NCBI GenBank assembly: GCA_010093705.1
Contig: MU006090.1
Coordinates: forward strand, 1,267,817 to 1,331,816
Direction of reading: 5' to 3'
Source: Patellaria atrata CBS 101060
Lineage: Eukaryota
DNA: 64,000 bases
Positions 48,129-64,000 of the stretch are shown here, piece by piece. Numbering within the stretch: the stretch's first letter is position 1; every line of letters starts with the position of its first letter. The notes beneath the pieces are model-generated. The model did not search any database, was not told the DNA's origin, and worked only from the letters and a program-made list of their open reading frames with translations. Both the position numbers and the translations under genes were made by a program.

Positions 48129-51100
48129 CTACTGGACAGTACTTTCCTCACTCTTCTTCCCTATGCTCTCCTCGCTCCGTACACTCTTCTCCTCGTCTAC
48201 AGCACTACTGGTGCTTGGGAGCGCGTGTTTTATTTCTTTCCTACCGTTGGATTTGTAGTAAAGTAGCACGTCACCTCCACCACGCCAGATGTGGGTTCGA
48301 ATGGTGGCAAGAGTCATCGTTGTGGGAACCCGCTAGTTGAATACGAGTCAGCCGGAAATTCTACCAGTGAATTCTTCAATAACTGAGATGACAAGACTTT
48401 GTCAGACATACCTGATTCTGACAGTATAACTCTAGATATTCTTCCGGTCTCAGCGCACCGGGGTCCTCCTTCTCAGGTTGAGGTTCAATGCGCTCGGCTA
48501 CATAAGAGAGGATCTTCCGCGCGCGTAGCATACGATTAGCATTGAGGCGATTATTCCTACTCGGGTTAGTAAGAGGTAATGGGATGAAGTGATGGTAATG
48601 GTTCCGGGAAGGGGGACTGTGGAGTCATACCCATCAGTAGCTATGGCTGGCAGTTGACCTTGCCACGGTTCAAGAAGAAAGGAGATCTTGACAATATCCT
48701 TCAGTGGTATAGTATTTCTCAGCAGAACATCACCGAGCCACATAGGTGCAACTTTCTCCACGAGGTCAGCCTGCATACCCACTGTTCCGACCTCGCCCTC
48801 GAACAAGTCCGATACGCCGCCAGAATCAGGCCGATCTTCCTGGATAAGTATGGTCGTATTTGGTGGTAACTTTAAGACTGGGGTCTCATTAGGAAGACTA
48901 GGTGTTATGCTTGACACGACATTCTGCATTGCTTCCAACTGGTCTTCATATGCGTACCGGATTTTCTGAATAGTACCAAACAAGTTATCTTCGATCTGTC
49001 GCTCGTCCGTCTTGGAAGATTGAGAGTCAGAGTCCTGTGACTTCTCATCCGCCACAACTGGTTTGGGTTGCTCGATGGTTTGTGTCTTTGTGAGACCTTT
49101 CATCTTGAATGACATTTTGAATTTCTTCCCGAATAAGGCGTTACCCTCCTTTGTAGTTTCTTTGTCTACGTCAACGGGTGACTGGGGCAATGCTTCCTGA
49201 TGCACGGTACCCCCAGGGGTAGTAGCAGGTTGTGGGACTGGGGGAGCTGAGAAGTAGTCACCCGATGTCCTTGGATGACTCTGGCTATACTGTGTACTAG
49301 TCCTTTCTAGAGTCGCACCCTCTTCGGCTGTTGAGGCGAGAGTGGTGCCAAATTGTGTCGTCGAGGGAGTCGGTATATAGCCTGGTGTCACGACTCCTAT
49401 CGCCAACCCAGGAGTAAGGAGAGGAAAGCCGTTGGTTGCCTTTATAGTAGATGCAGACGTAGGGCCCGACCCAGCATCCTTCCAGCCGTTGATATCAGCA
49501 TGTGGAATCGTGATGTTGCCAGGAGCATTGGCGCGCTGAAGTGACTGTTTCGAGCTGTTCAGCAGCCGCGTTCTGAAGGCTTCATCCCTTTTGATTTCTT
49601 CGTCTACCAGATTCGCGAATAAATAGCGGAGTACCCACTTTCCCATAATTACTAGAGATCATTAGTCTTCACACCGAACCTGTCCTGTTCGAGTTGAACT
49701 TACTACGCTGATCTTCCCTGAAATCGATATTCTCCTGCAAATCCAGTTCATCGGCGTACATTTCTGCGTCAAAACAATGATTTTCTTCTAATACACAGCT
49801 TAAGCTTCCAGTACGCGTATCCACGGATACCCAATGTGCCACTGATTCGGTCGTATTGACTTCGGGGATCACATCGTCTAAATGACGCTTTCCGAATGAT
49901 CGGATTGGTACGCACTAAAACGTTAGTTGCCTTTCAATCGATTATTCAGAGTCATTTACCTTGATTAAGTCCCAAAGCATAACTTCTCCAGCAGTATCAC
50001 AAGTAAGCACTTGTCTTCTATTGTTCAACATGAAATGCTTAATCAAACCATTCTGCCCTTCAATGGAGAAATCTGGTTGAGCCCTATAGGGGACGATTAC
50101 ACTTGGTTCATTGTCGAGTAATACTTCTGACGGCTTTCTGTTACCTAGAGCAGCACGGAATGCAGAGTCTCCATCCCGCGACTGGTATATAGGGTATGGT
50201 GCGGTGTTTGAAAGCCTCAAAATACACTGTGGTGGGAGCTCTTTCTTCGAGATATCATTTGGCGGAGACTGGGCGTGCGTTGTCTGGATTGAGGGATGTC
50301 GTGAAGGATTTGTTCCCGATCTTGAGCGATAATAGCTGTAGAATTCTGGTAATCGAATATCTTTTTCAAAATTGACATCAACCCAACGGTTGATACTGGA
50401 ATTTGATGTTGCCGTCCACAAATATGACCCGGACTGGATGACCTTGTTGACGCCTTCATGCTCCTGGAACAAAGCAATTGAGAGACCCTCATCCACCTCT
50501 GCGCATCCCCTAGTGTCCGTTTTAGCTACTAGACCAGACCGATCGCTGGAGTAGAATACTGATAGATCCGGACGGTTCGAATAGAGCGACCAAACGCTGT
50601 CGTTGTGCATAGTAAGTGTGTGCATACATCGACCGGCAGTCATACACCAAACTTTAACCGTTTGATCCGAAGAGGCCGTTATTATGTTATCCCCATCTTG
50701 TGTAACTAAAACATCTCGAATATTGTCTGTATGGCCAACAAACTTCGTTATTTGCTTGCTGGACCTGGGATCCCATACCCTCACTATGCTCTCCGGTCCA
50801 CCAGAAGCTAGAATGGAATTCGTGACAGCCAGGCCGTATACTGAGCCTTTTGAGGAGTTTTCATCCTCCCCAACTGCTATCTCCAATCTCTTTCCGGCAC
50901 CACTCAAGTCCCACAAGGCTATCTTTCTGTCAAGCCCTCCGGACGCAACCCAGGTCGAGCCGGGACTAGGAGTGGCTAGACACTTAACATAATCGCTGTG
51001 GAGCCCGATTGTTTGAGGGGGCCTCACTTCTTGAGCATTTGGTCGCCATACTTTGACTGAAGTATCTGATGACGCTGATACTAAAGCATTTGCGTTGTCT

Positions 51101-51503
51101 GCTAGAACAATATCATTGACCCAGTGAGTGTGAGCTTGGACCTGCTGTCGAATGGTTGTTTTAGGTTCCTTCACGGGACTTTTACCCTTGGAGGTATCGT
51201 CGAATACATTGTTCGTCCCCGAGTTTAGGTCAAGATGCAAGTTCCACGCGCATATAACACCGTCACGACCACCAGAATAACTAACGTTCAATTAGTCCGA
51301 GTATTCGTTCGAGTGGGAGGACGTACAGAATGGAATTGTCTGGGTCTACGGCAAGGCCATTTACGCCCAGTCGATGACCGCCAGCTGAGTTCGCAAGAGG
51401 TAGGACTATCAATAAGACAATAGCGTTAGTAGATTGTAAGCAGATTCAAAGACAAGGGCTGTTCCCAACCATAGGATATCCTCTGGCGTGCCTTTCTAGC
51501 CAT
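48129..51503 (-). CDS. WDR48/UAF1 (Duf1/Bun107) WD40 deubiquitinase cofactor; multi-exon
   Basis: [11 protein letters not shown]..., [87 protein letters not shown]. Confidence 0.93.
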
Positions 51504-51973
51504 GCCACTTCACTCCGCAGTGCGCAGGCATAAGGTGGGGTAAGAAGGTTGCTATCGAAAGAACGGCGGAGAGCTTTGAGACGGAAAGGTATATGATGGT
51601 TCCATCTATATGTTGCACGGAGAGGAAGGATAAGCTTGACAATTTCGTCTATCAGGAAGTACTTCAAGTCGCTACGGCATGTAGCGAACTGTGAACCTTA
51701 GTTCCAAATACCCTTGGTTACAATCATGTGTAGTAGATACTTATTCAATCAAAACCTTCGATGTTTTCTCACTTTCTCACATGGCACAACAGAACTACGT
51801 AAAGTAGGCAAAGGTGCATATCGGAGAACCTAATGCGAGCTATCGCCCCCGCGGTCTCCCAGTACCCTTCTACCGGGCAGCGTTATGCGGACGTGAAATT
51901 CTCCCACCCAATCAATTATGGTCAGCTACTAATACAAGCCCTATAAGCTACCTTATGCCAATCCTTCCAGAAC

Positions 51974-54455
<2,482 letters not shown>

Positions 54456-54838
54456 TTAGAATCAAAAGTAGAGAATGGAGGAGAGGAAAGATATGAGGTG
54501 CAACCAAGATAGGAAGAAAGTCTTAGTCTTGAATCTTGAGATGGCAGGTGTCGGCATTGAATAACTGCATTGATGGTCTGTCAAATATGCCAAGGCGTTG
54601 ATAGATCGGTACGTCGGCAAGTCTAACGATGCGCCGAACCGACTTCCATCGGATGATTTTGCCGAGTCGCGTCACAAGCGCGTGTAGTGCGTCATTGTGA
54701 CATGAGAAGAGCACTGATCGTGCTGGAGAAGAGCTACAGGGCATTCGGCTATGATTTATTGATTCTAGAGGCGACCCTAAGATAACCTCTATTGACCTCT
54801 ACAAACCTCAACAATCTGGATCATTCTTATCGAACAAC

Positions 54839-55186
54839 ATGTTGGGTATTCGTGAGCGTTCTTCCTCCCTAATACTGCAACCGAGGACCACTCTTTCAAG
54901 TATAAAGCCCACTTCGCAACATACACACCTACGCTACCAGTGTTACTCATCCTCACAAAACACGCAAAAGACTGAATCATCCGAGAATATAGTGAGCAAA
55001 GACGCCGCCACGGCCGAAAGCAAGATGAAGCAACGCCTGAAGACGCAAGCGGAGGTAGACGAAGAGCTACGATTGAAGATGTCTGGCATAGCTGGGGATG
55101 GTGGCGATTCGGGCGTGGAATATGAGGACGGCCAACCTGTTTCCATGAAAAGGAGCGTGAAGAACAACATGTTCAGATACATATGA
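54839..55186 (+). CDS. Small hypothetical protein, probably mitochondrially targeted
   Basis: Ser/Arg-rich presequence-like N-terminus and protein-like C-terminus GDGGDSGVEYEDGQPVSMKRSVKNNMFRYI; divergent from CEF1. Confidence 0.7.
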   Translation: MLGIRERSSSLILQPRTTLSSIKPTSQHTHLRYQCYSSSQNTQKTESSENIVSKDAATAESKMKQRLKTQAEVDEELRLKMSGIAGDGGDSGVEYEDGQPVSMKRSVKNNMFRYI

Positions 55187-55887
55187 TACAGAGGGAGTGG
55201 AGATCACAACATGAGCAGGCTTCCTCCCTACGTTCATAGGGTTGGGACTCCTACATCGATGTAAAATACATCCCACTTCTAGCATATTCGCGCAGAGCTA
55301 TGGTTGTCTACACACGTCAGTCTTCCCAGATTTCCTTTTCCCCCGAGGAGCTGCCATCAGTTCCCGTATGGAGGATCCAGCCTTATACTATACAGTGCAG
55401 TCGACCAGAATCTTTTCATGTAACGGAGCGCAAAATCCGACATGCGATACTTGTACCTCTTTTGAACTTTGGGTGTAAAATCCTAATTTGCTGGATTCTA
55501 TGCCGGGTACACAGTGTCTCTATAAGCTGGGTGATCGTTGAGCATATGGCCACTTAAGGGTCGTTTTTCACGGAGGACATGAAATTCCTCAGCGATCTTG
55601 TGCGGCATGTTGTATACTAGAATTTATGATATTAATATGAAGTAATGAGAACAAATAGAAGGCATGCCTTTGCTAATTGAGATTGATGAAGCGATAAATT
55701 ATGTCTTGCGTTATAGTAGATATGCTCCATTATGCTCTCTCCGCTTGGCGGCAGCTCCCGTCAGCTGCGGGTCGGCTATCAGAGCATGTCATTCCTCTAT
55801 TCCTCTTCAAACTATTTCTTTTTATTTTCTCCGCCTCTCGACCTTCATACTCACTACCTCATCACTTGATAAAAGGATCGGGTCTAT

Positions 55888-57809
55888 ATGGCTACAGCTG
55901 CAGTTCTTACGACTAATGGGGTACTCCCAGTTCCAGCATCCGCCACCCAAAAGTCTGCTCCCGCAAATGGTACACCTCGCGGTTCGACCAACAAATCTGA
56001 CTCTAACCTCCCCCCTCTACGATCCAAAGTAGTCCTGCGTAGACTTGCCCCAGGGATTACTCAAGGAGAATTCGAGGCAGCTTTGGGTGAGGAGTGGAAG
56101 CTCGGAGCTGGAAAAGTAGATTGGGTTACCTTCAAGCCTGGCAAAATCTCTAAGGAGTGCGGTTTACCCATATTCCCCCTCGAGACACATTTACTGATAT
56201 CCACAACAGCCTTTCAAAGCCCTCCAAACCGTCGCGAGCTTATCTACGCCTTACAGATCAAGCACACCTTGCGGCTCTTTCGGACAAGGTCCGCCAAACG
56301 CCATTCCAGGATGCGCGCAACAGCTATCGAGACTCTGCCTTGATCGGGCCACCCTCGCTAGAATTCGCACCCTATAGCAAAGTTCCAGGTGGAAGACGCA
56401 GGAATGATGCACGTCAAGGATTGATCGACCAAGATCCTGAATTCAAAGAATTTCTGGAGAGCTTGACCAATCCTGTTGCCAGGCCGTCAACCACAGAATC
56501 GAACGCAGAGCCTAGCGCGCAGGAAGAGAAAGTTACTACAACACCATTGATTGAACATCTACGGGAGAAGAAGGCGCAAAAGGAGAAGGAGAAAGCGGCT
56601 AAAGCTGCTGCTGCCAAAAATCCACCTAAAGATGATAAGACCACAGATAAGAAAATAGTCACTAAGGGCAAAGAACCTGCTACTCCCTCGGATAAGGGCA
56701 AGCGTCTGAGCAAAGCCGAAAAAGCAGTAAAAGATGCGGCTATCAGAGTTCTCAGTAAAGAAGCAGGTCCCAGCAAGGAAACAGCTTCAACTCCAGCTCC
56801 AGCGCCTGCTACCGCTGAGAAGCCTCCAACAGTGCCCACAGGTCCTGCAGCAGAGAAGAAGCGAGAACGTGGAAATTTTAGCGCCGCAGCGAGGATTCTA
56901 CAGAGAGACCTAGGAATCGGTCCAGCGGCTGGACGACGGGGAAGACGTGATGCTACTCCTACTACTCCGGCAACAAGACCGACACCGGCCGCGGAAGCTG
57001 CATCCACGCAAGCAGAACCATCTACACCGAAGAGTGTCCCTTCAGCGCCAGCATCATCAGAAAAAGCCTCTACACCCGGATCCAGCCGTCCCCCGAAGAA
57101 AGATACCAGACCCACCCGAGCCGAACGGCGCGCGCACAAAGCTTCCCTCGCGGAAAGAACTAACAACAACTCACCCGCTCCAGCAGAGTCCAGCACGGCC
57201 GCAACCAAAGCCCCAATAGCCCCCACAATTCTCAAGAAACCCCAACCCGCTCCATCACAACCATCGAAAGGGTCAGCAGCCTCTAAAGCCGCACAACCGT
57301 CCCAGACAACCACCCCATCCCATTCTACATCAACAGCAGAACAAACTCCCCCCCCTCAACCTCCCACCGCAACACCCCCAACAGGCCCCTCAGCCTCCTC
57401 CCCCACCCCCCGCACCGCCTTCCTCAAACACGCAAACCCTTCCCAAGGCATCACCGAGCCCCTCATCCTCGCCGCTCTGTCCGTCCACGGCACCATCGCC
57501 GCCGTCGAAATCGACAAGCGCAAGGGCTTCGCGTACGTCGACTTCGACACCCCGGAGGGCCTGCAGGCCGCTATCAAAGCCAGCCCCATCAAGATCGCGC
57601 AGGGCGCCGTGCAGGTGCTTGAGAAGCGCGAGAGGGTCCATGGACGCTTGGTACCTGTTGCTGGGGGGAGGGGCGGTGGGGTGTTTAGGGGGAGAGGGGG
57701 ACGTGGGGGACGAGAGGGGAGGGGGAGGGGTGCGGGACGGGGGCCTGTGGGAGGGAGTGAGGGGGAGAAGGGGATTGTGTCGGAGGCGGGACCAGAGGCG
57801 GGGACGTGA
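55888..57809 (+). CDS. UPF3: Nonsense-mediated decay factor Upf3 (Smg4/UPF3 RRM-like domain plus C-terminal RRM and RGG tail); 2 exons
   Basis: KVVLRRLAPGIT, KPGKISK|..KPSKPSRAYL, PPSLEFAPY, QGLIDQDPEFKEFLESL, TTPLIEHLREKK, AFLKHANPSQGITE...KRKGFAYVDF. Confidence 0.92.
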
Positions 57810-58979
57810 GAGGTGGGAGTGGTTGGTGTGCATTCGAATGGTCTGGTTGATGGTATACCGGTGCGGTCTTGCACCGTTGAAGTCGGCGGTATTAAGCATC
57901 GGCTTTGCATACCTAACAGTCCAGCGTCGGCCGCGTTGAACGATGAGGGAATAGTCTACATGCACGTCTTTAGGAGCTTGGAGATACCTAGTAGCGATGG
58001 TCCCGGCCGAGGGTGACGGAGAAGAGCATCAGATAGTAAGTATAGTTGCACACTGCGAGGGACAAGGACGGGTCGAGTCGGGTCGGAGAAAGTCATCAGA
58101 ACACCGCTTCAATCTCATAACTCACGATACTCTTATCATGAGAGAACGTCAAGCAAGGGAGGGACAGACAATAGCAGAGCAGCATATTCAATTCCATGTA
58201 CTATCATAACCAACCCGACTATAATCACCATCACAAATCACATCATCACCCCATCCTCCTACTACACACTCCCATCCCCGCTCATTACACCCCTTCCCAC
58301 CGAAACGAGCGCTGAAGCCAAGTAATAATAGCAGCAACAAGAATAGAAGCACGAGAACGGTAGATAGAGAACAAGATAACAGAAAGCAAGACAATCATCG
58401 CTTCCGAGAGGGGATCGCCGCGAGGCTCAAACCTGTATTCAACTTTTCCAACTTTTCAATCTTTTTTTTTTGTGAGGGAAGAGGAGGCAGTCTTTGATCT
58501 GTATTCCCCAACCCCGGCAGGGGGTGACGAAGAGGCTCATCATTCTCCTCTGTGAAAAAACAATCATGCAACAGTTTTGAAACCTAGAGGTAAAAGATGT
58601 CCGATATCTCGCTTTGGGGGTATCTGGTGGAAACATACAGGACAGATAGACATGCGGAAGGGGGAGAGAGTTAAGAGTAGGGGGGTATAAGCATGAGGTG
58701 GAATATGTAAAATGATTCGAAAACACAAAGAGTTCGAAGATAAGATTCGGCCGTGAACGTCGTCGCTTGAATGAGTTTTCCTTGTGCTTACTCGCTTGCT
58801 GCTGATGATGATGATTGAAAAAGTAATCGTGGAAAAAAAGAAACGTATGCGAAGTGAGACAATACCAATGCACGCAAAAAGCTATCATTCCATCCATAAA
58901 AACCAAAATGCTGAAATGTGACCGAAGAAAATAATAAGGTGAAAAAAAATGTAATCCTAAATCTGGTATAAACAATTTC

Positions 58980-61900
58980 TTAGATCATTCCGCCGGGTTG
59001 GACGCCCTGCTGGATATAATCCGGCGGCATGTTTGCCCTGATCTCCTTCGGATGTCTATAACCGGAAAAGCTCTTATTCTCCGGCGGGATGACTTGCTCC
59101 ATCAACGGTGCAATACCATTTGCCGGCGGCGGAGGTGGTGGCGGCGGCGGAGGAGGGATGGCATCGCCGGAATTAGGGACGTAATTCGGACTTCTCCGAG
59201 CGGGTTCATACACTGTGGCCGGCAATCCGACATCCGTTTCATAAGGGGAGGGGCTTGTGGTCACGTGGGGGGTGGCCGGGATGGGAGGAAGGTTTGTCTC
59301 GTAAGCTGGTGGGCTATGGGTGGAGTCCAGAGATGGCTTTGATCGAGAGCGAGATGTGCTACGCATGCGTTCGGTGACGCTTCGTAGACGGCCGCCAATG
59401 CTGTCGCTTACACTACCACGGCCACGTCGATGATTGATAGAAGGCGTGCCTGTAGGAGTAGGGCCAATCTCTGTCATAGGAGTAGGATTCCGGTTCTCGT
59501 CAATGGCGATGTTGATCATGCCTTGAGAGTTCACCTGTTGATGACCAGGAGTGAACATAGTAGGTGGTGGCGGAGGAGGTGGCGGACCAGCTAAGTGTGC
59601 CAATTCAGCAAGCATGGGTGGTGGCGGACCCTCGTCTTCTGGGTCTCCGATGATGATGATCTGATTATCAGCGAGCGTCTCGTCGATACTGGCAACAACT
59701 GCCGGAGGTGTCATCCTCCTTGTATTGATTTCAGCAGATATCTTGCGGGAGTGGTGGCTCTTTTGGCTGTTGACTGAGCCGCGTCGGTGTTGCATACCGC
59801 TCATTTTCTCAGGAGGAGCAGATGCAGCTCGGGCTGGACCCCTCGTGAATGGCTGACCATAGACGCTAGATGGCAAAAGGGGAGCGATATCGTCAGTGTC
59901 CATTGTTCGTTGATGTGAAGCTTGCTGTGTAGCGTTATGCTGAGCTAGGTTTTCTGGAATAAGGGGAACAGCGGGGATGTTATCGCGTTCATCAGGATCA
60001 GAACTCATGTACCTAGGGTGACGCATGGCTCTAGGTGTAGCAGGTAGACCAATTGGAGGCATCATATTCCTTGACCTTGAACTGTGTCGACCAGCAGACT
60101 CCGGATCAGCGGTCTGACTGCGATTGATGCGCTCCCCATAGCGGGCCATCGCTTCCGGATCCACTGTCTGGCTGCGCGAGATCCGGTCCGAATAGAGACT
60201 AGAAATGGTGGGGAATGTCACAGAATCGGTATATGAGCGGACACTAATCGGAGAGCGCGCATTGATTTCCTCGGGATGGGGGATAGCTGGAGCGGATGGC
60301 CTTCGAGCCAAAGACAACCTGCGTTGTTCCAAGTCACGAGCAGCTTGCTCCTTTCTTGAGATCTCTCTACCTGCCCGATCATCTATCTCCACCCTAAGAG
60401 TAGGTCCTCTGTTGGATCGGCGGCTAATTGTACTCTCCGCTGGTGACCGATCCCGGCGTGTGCTCTGAGCCCGCTGATTAGGGCGACGACTCTGGGAGCG
60501 ATCTCTACGGCTAGGGGACGGTCGACGACTTCTGCTACGCTGTCGTGCATGACTGCGAATAGCTTCATCGTCGTAAGACTCAGCAGTCATATCCTCATCT
60601 GTCATTGCAGCAGGAGAACGTGGAGAGCTCTGTCCTGAACGTTCTCCTCTGACTCGGCTTCTCGTTCTTTCACCCACTGGACTAGCTTGTCGGCTTGCTG
60701 CTCTACTCAAAACTCGATCTCCAATCTTACTGCTAGATCTCGCTTTCGATGTACCCCTCCCAACTCTACTACGACTTCTAGCCCTATGTTCCGCTTTTGG
60801 TACTGATTCTGTGGGCGAAGTGATTTGATAATAGCGCTCGTCATCGAAGGTTTCAGTATCAGTGTCCTTGTTTTTGTTCACATCTTCTGGTGACATTGGA
60901 ACTGGGGAAGAAGGTGACCTCTTTGCCGGTCGAATGTATCGCACTCCAGAGCGCCCTCGAGAATCTCCAGGTCCAGGTTCACGTAGACGGCTACGAGACC
61001 TTCCATCCCTGCCTTGACTTTCTGCGCGGTGTCGGCTTTGAGCACGTTGCGTCTTTGCGTGTATATTGGCTTCCTCAAGACTGTTAATGTAATTATCAAT
61101 GTTGCGGACTTTCGTGCTCTGAAGGCTGGCACCGGTCAAGGGCGGACTAAGTTCGGATGTTGGTAGTCCGTGGGCGACAACGACCTCCTCAGACATGTCA
61201 AGCTGGAGCCCTTGTGGCTTTCTATCCCGGGATGCTCCTCGCATGCGAGACCTTTCCCTCTCTTTCTCCTTCAGAGCTGCGAAAACACCATGTGCTGGGG
61301 ATGGCAGAGCACTTGATTGGATGCTCGCCGCTTCGGAAGGTTGATATACTGACGAGCTGAGGGTTGGTAGCGATTCTGCAACGCTGTGGTGAGAAGATGT
61401 GTGAATCTGAGGTAAGGGAGGAATTTCAGCTGAAGCATTTATAGCTGTAGTCGGGACCGGGGTCTCGAGTGTCTCCCGATCGGTGTCAGCTCGGGAGGGA
61501 AATCGCCTTCTCCTTGAAAATGCACCTGGTGTTGCTGTTCTAGCAGAAGATGGATCCCTCAGTCCACGGGATCTATCTCTGCCCCATGCTCGATTCCCAC
61601 CTCCCGGGGAAAGTGCTGACTCTGCAATCGGCGTTGGGGCTACATTCATTGGAGTGCGCTCATCAGTTGTAGACAGTAGTTGCGGTGCTGCTTTATCTCC
61701 AAAGTTCGTTATCAGCTTGAGAGATGAATTCTTTGCGGCAAGACGGTTCGGAGGACCGGCCGAAGGAGGCGACAAAGGCGGACTAAGAGCCCCAAGGAGT
61801 GACTGTTTCTGTGCGGAGTAGACCGCATCTTGCGCTCTCGGTGAAAACCAAGGTTCTGAAGACTCGATACTCGTGCAAGAAAAACATCTGACGGCTAATT

Positions 61901-64000
61901 CGGGCTGTCCTTGTGCTACGGCAATTTCTCCCCATTTCCGGACGAGGTAAGATTGACGCTGCCAATCGGTGGGAAATATGAGGCACGTTAGGAGGACCGC
62001 CTCCATAAACATCTTTTGGGAGACATAGACCTCAATAGCATCATTCTGTTCGCCGAGACCGAGCAGAATAGCTGCAGCCGGATGTATGTCCCCTTTTTCC
62101 AGTAGTCTTTGCACAAATGCTTGGCCAACCTTCTTCTGAGAATCAGCACCCATGGAGCTGAGTGCTAGAAGCATCCAGTCTGATGAAGTCATGGATTCTG
62201 ATCCAATCATAGAAGCCATTAGATCTGCACCCATATCTCCCAGCCATTTGGAAAGGAGAACACCGCTTGCGGAACCTGGAGTATGCCGGGACACTAGCTA
62301 GAGATTAGTACTATCAACCTAACAGTTTACAGGTCTCTTAACTCACATTCATCACGAATGAGCGACTCAATGTCATCATCCCATCCAAAAACAACGCTGA
62401 GCATCTGGCGGCGCAGATCATCAGGACTTCGCTGTTGACCGTAGGATGGAGTCTTGAAGACCACCTCGCTTAACCTAGCCTTTACGAAGGGAAACAAATC
62501 CATTGCCTCCAGTTTCTTAGCTTCGTCAGGACTCCTGAGGATTTCCTTCCTCAATCCTGACGAGGCATACTTTGAAGATGTGGTAGATGATACAGACCTA
62601 ATTGAAATACTCTCATGGCCACTCCGCAAGGAAACACCAGAAGAGAACATGGTCCCTTCGCTACCTGAGACGGTAGAAGAGGTTGAAGACATGGTAGGCT
62701 TTTCCCAGCGATTGACTTCGCGCTGACGACTGCGTGAACCGTGTGATGATCGCGAACTCACAGAGGATGCTCGACTGGAAACAGGACTCAATGGAGCAAG
62801 TCGGTCACGTCTTTCCTCCTCTAGAGCATCCATCTCCTGGGCTATCTTCTGAAGCGGTGACATAGCACCCTCGTCTTCACTACTCTGTTCAAGGTATAAT
62901 GGTAGAGCAGGGGCAACAACTGGAGCGGCTTTACTTGACGCAGCGGTTGTCTGTTCTTTTCTTTCCTCTATCGAGTTAGGAGGAGACGGTGGGGCATTGG
63001 CAGGCACATGTTGTGCAGATGCAACCAACATTGGATTGCTGCTCGGGTTCACGTCATACTGTTGAACTGTATGATTCCTTCCGAGAGTAAATAGTGTCGC
63101 TGTTGGACCATAATTGTTGATAGCAATAACGCCATCAATGGTTGGTATCGTTTCGAAAGTGACCTTCTTAGTCCGCACATCCCAAGATAGGGTTTGCCTG
63201 TTGATTAGATTAGTAAACCGCCCATGATGCACGCTACTACGCTACAGCCCGAATACAGTTCACTTACCCCTCAGTGTATTGAATGATTCGACCATTCTTA
63301 GACCATCCGAACCAGCATGGTCCGGGTTCCCTATGTTCGGTTCTGTTCAATACTCGAATGATGCTGGGCGCATCTGTGTGAGGAGCTTTGGGGACACTCC
63401 AAACCCTAAGGTCACCGTCTAACGTTTGCGCCGCCAACATCTCAGATTTCTGTTTTGAGGATGTCCCATGCCATGCAAGAGCATTTATTGGCGAAGGTGC
63501 CCTTGTCGTAGTGAGAGTATTCAAAATAGTGAACGAAGGTTGTAAACCTGCAATCAAAATAGAGCCATTCTGATATCTGAATTCCAAGTTAGGATATAGT
63601 AACAGGGGGAAAGGCAGGACCTTACCCTATTGCAAAGGTTCGACAATCCGCTGAAGGTGCTAAAGCAGTGATAGGGTCGAAAATTGTTCTAGCAGATATA
63701 TGTTCTGAAGTCTGTGGTTCGAACAATATCACGTTACCCTGAGAGTTACCTGCAATATCATTAGCATCCCCACAACGCAAGAATTGTCGCAATTGAGAGG
63801 AATAAAATCAATGGGGCTCTTACCAAAAGCGACATTGCCGTTTTTCATCCATGCTGCAACTCTAATATGTTCATATGAAGCAAAACGGGCGATTTCGTCG
63901 CCGGTGAAAAGATCCCAAACAATTGCAGTGCTCCCTGTGTCATAACTGACAACCAATCTTCCTGAGCCGCGCTCACTAACATTATCCACATATATAAATG
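58980..64000 (-). CDS. Large fungal WD40-repeat protein with helical (Gemin5-like) middle domain and long Arg/Ser/Pro-rich tail; 5' end outside window
   Basis: LVVSYDTGSTAIVWDLFTG, DGDLRVWSV, LSWDVRTK, GDIHPAAAILLGLGEQNDAIEVYV, C-terminal YRHPKEIRANMPP; four GT-AG introns between 62.3 and 63.8 kb. Confidence 0.8.

Noticed and set aside
56414..57313. Long antisense ORFs (also 6220-7455, 10041-10730, 16817-17554, 45506-46258)
   Set aside because: Shadow frames opposite well-supported genes, explained by codon bias.
58439..58975. 178-aa Phe-rich ORF downstream of the WD40 gene
   Set aside because: T-rich 3' UTR composition; no protein-like features.

Overview
Gene-dense, intron-containing eukaryotic DNA from a filamentous ascomycete (Pezizomycotina; short GT-AG introns with CTAAC/CTGAC branch sites, AT-rich patches and TAA/TAG nonsense changes consistent with RIP). 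About 27 protein-coding genes, mostly conserved housekeeping: SprT-like protease, FAM50/XAP5, HEI10, MRE11, RSM19, TAF10, TBF1-like, DBR1, RPR2-like, ZPR1, PPIL3-type cyclophilin, arrestin-like, SEN54, GOS1, RPL35, ATP10, TMA17/ADC17-like, PPN1, CHD1, WDR48, CEF1, UPF3, a partial large WD40 protein and several small hypotheticals. Accessory pockets: (i) about 19.3-22.4 kb, an intron-containing tRNA-Glu(TTC) with a cluster of 3-4 solo-LTR-like elements directly upstream, one nested; (ii) about 28.5-32.5 kb, a small orphan gene, a HET-domain pseudogene and an 18-bp tandem repeat; (iii) about 38.7 kb, an unannotated structured element with a tRNA-like closing stem, A/B-box-like motifs and a T-run, a candidate Pol III non-coding RNA and the most interesting unexplained signal here. 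Gene identities come from recognising protein motifs by eye, not from database searches; gene coordinates span introns.
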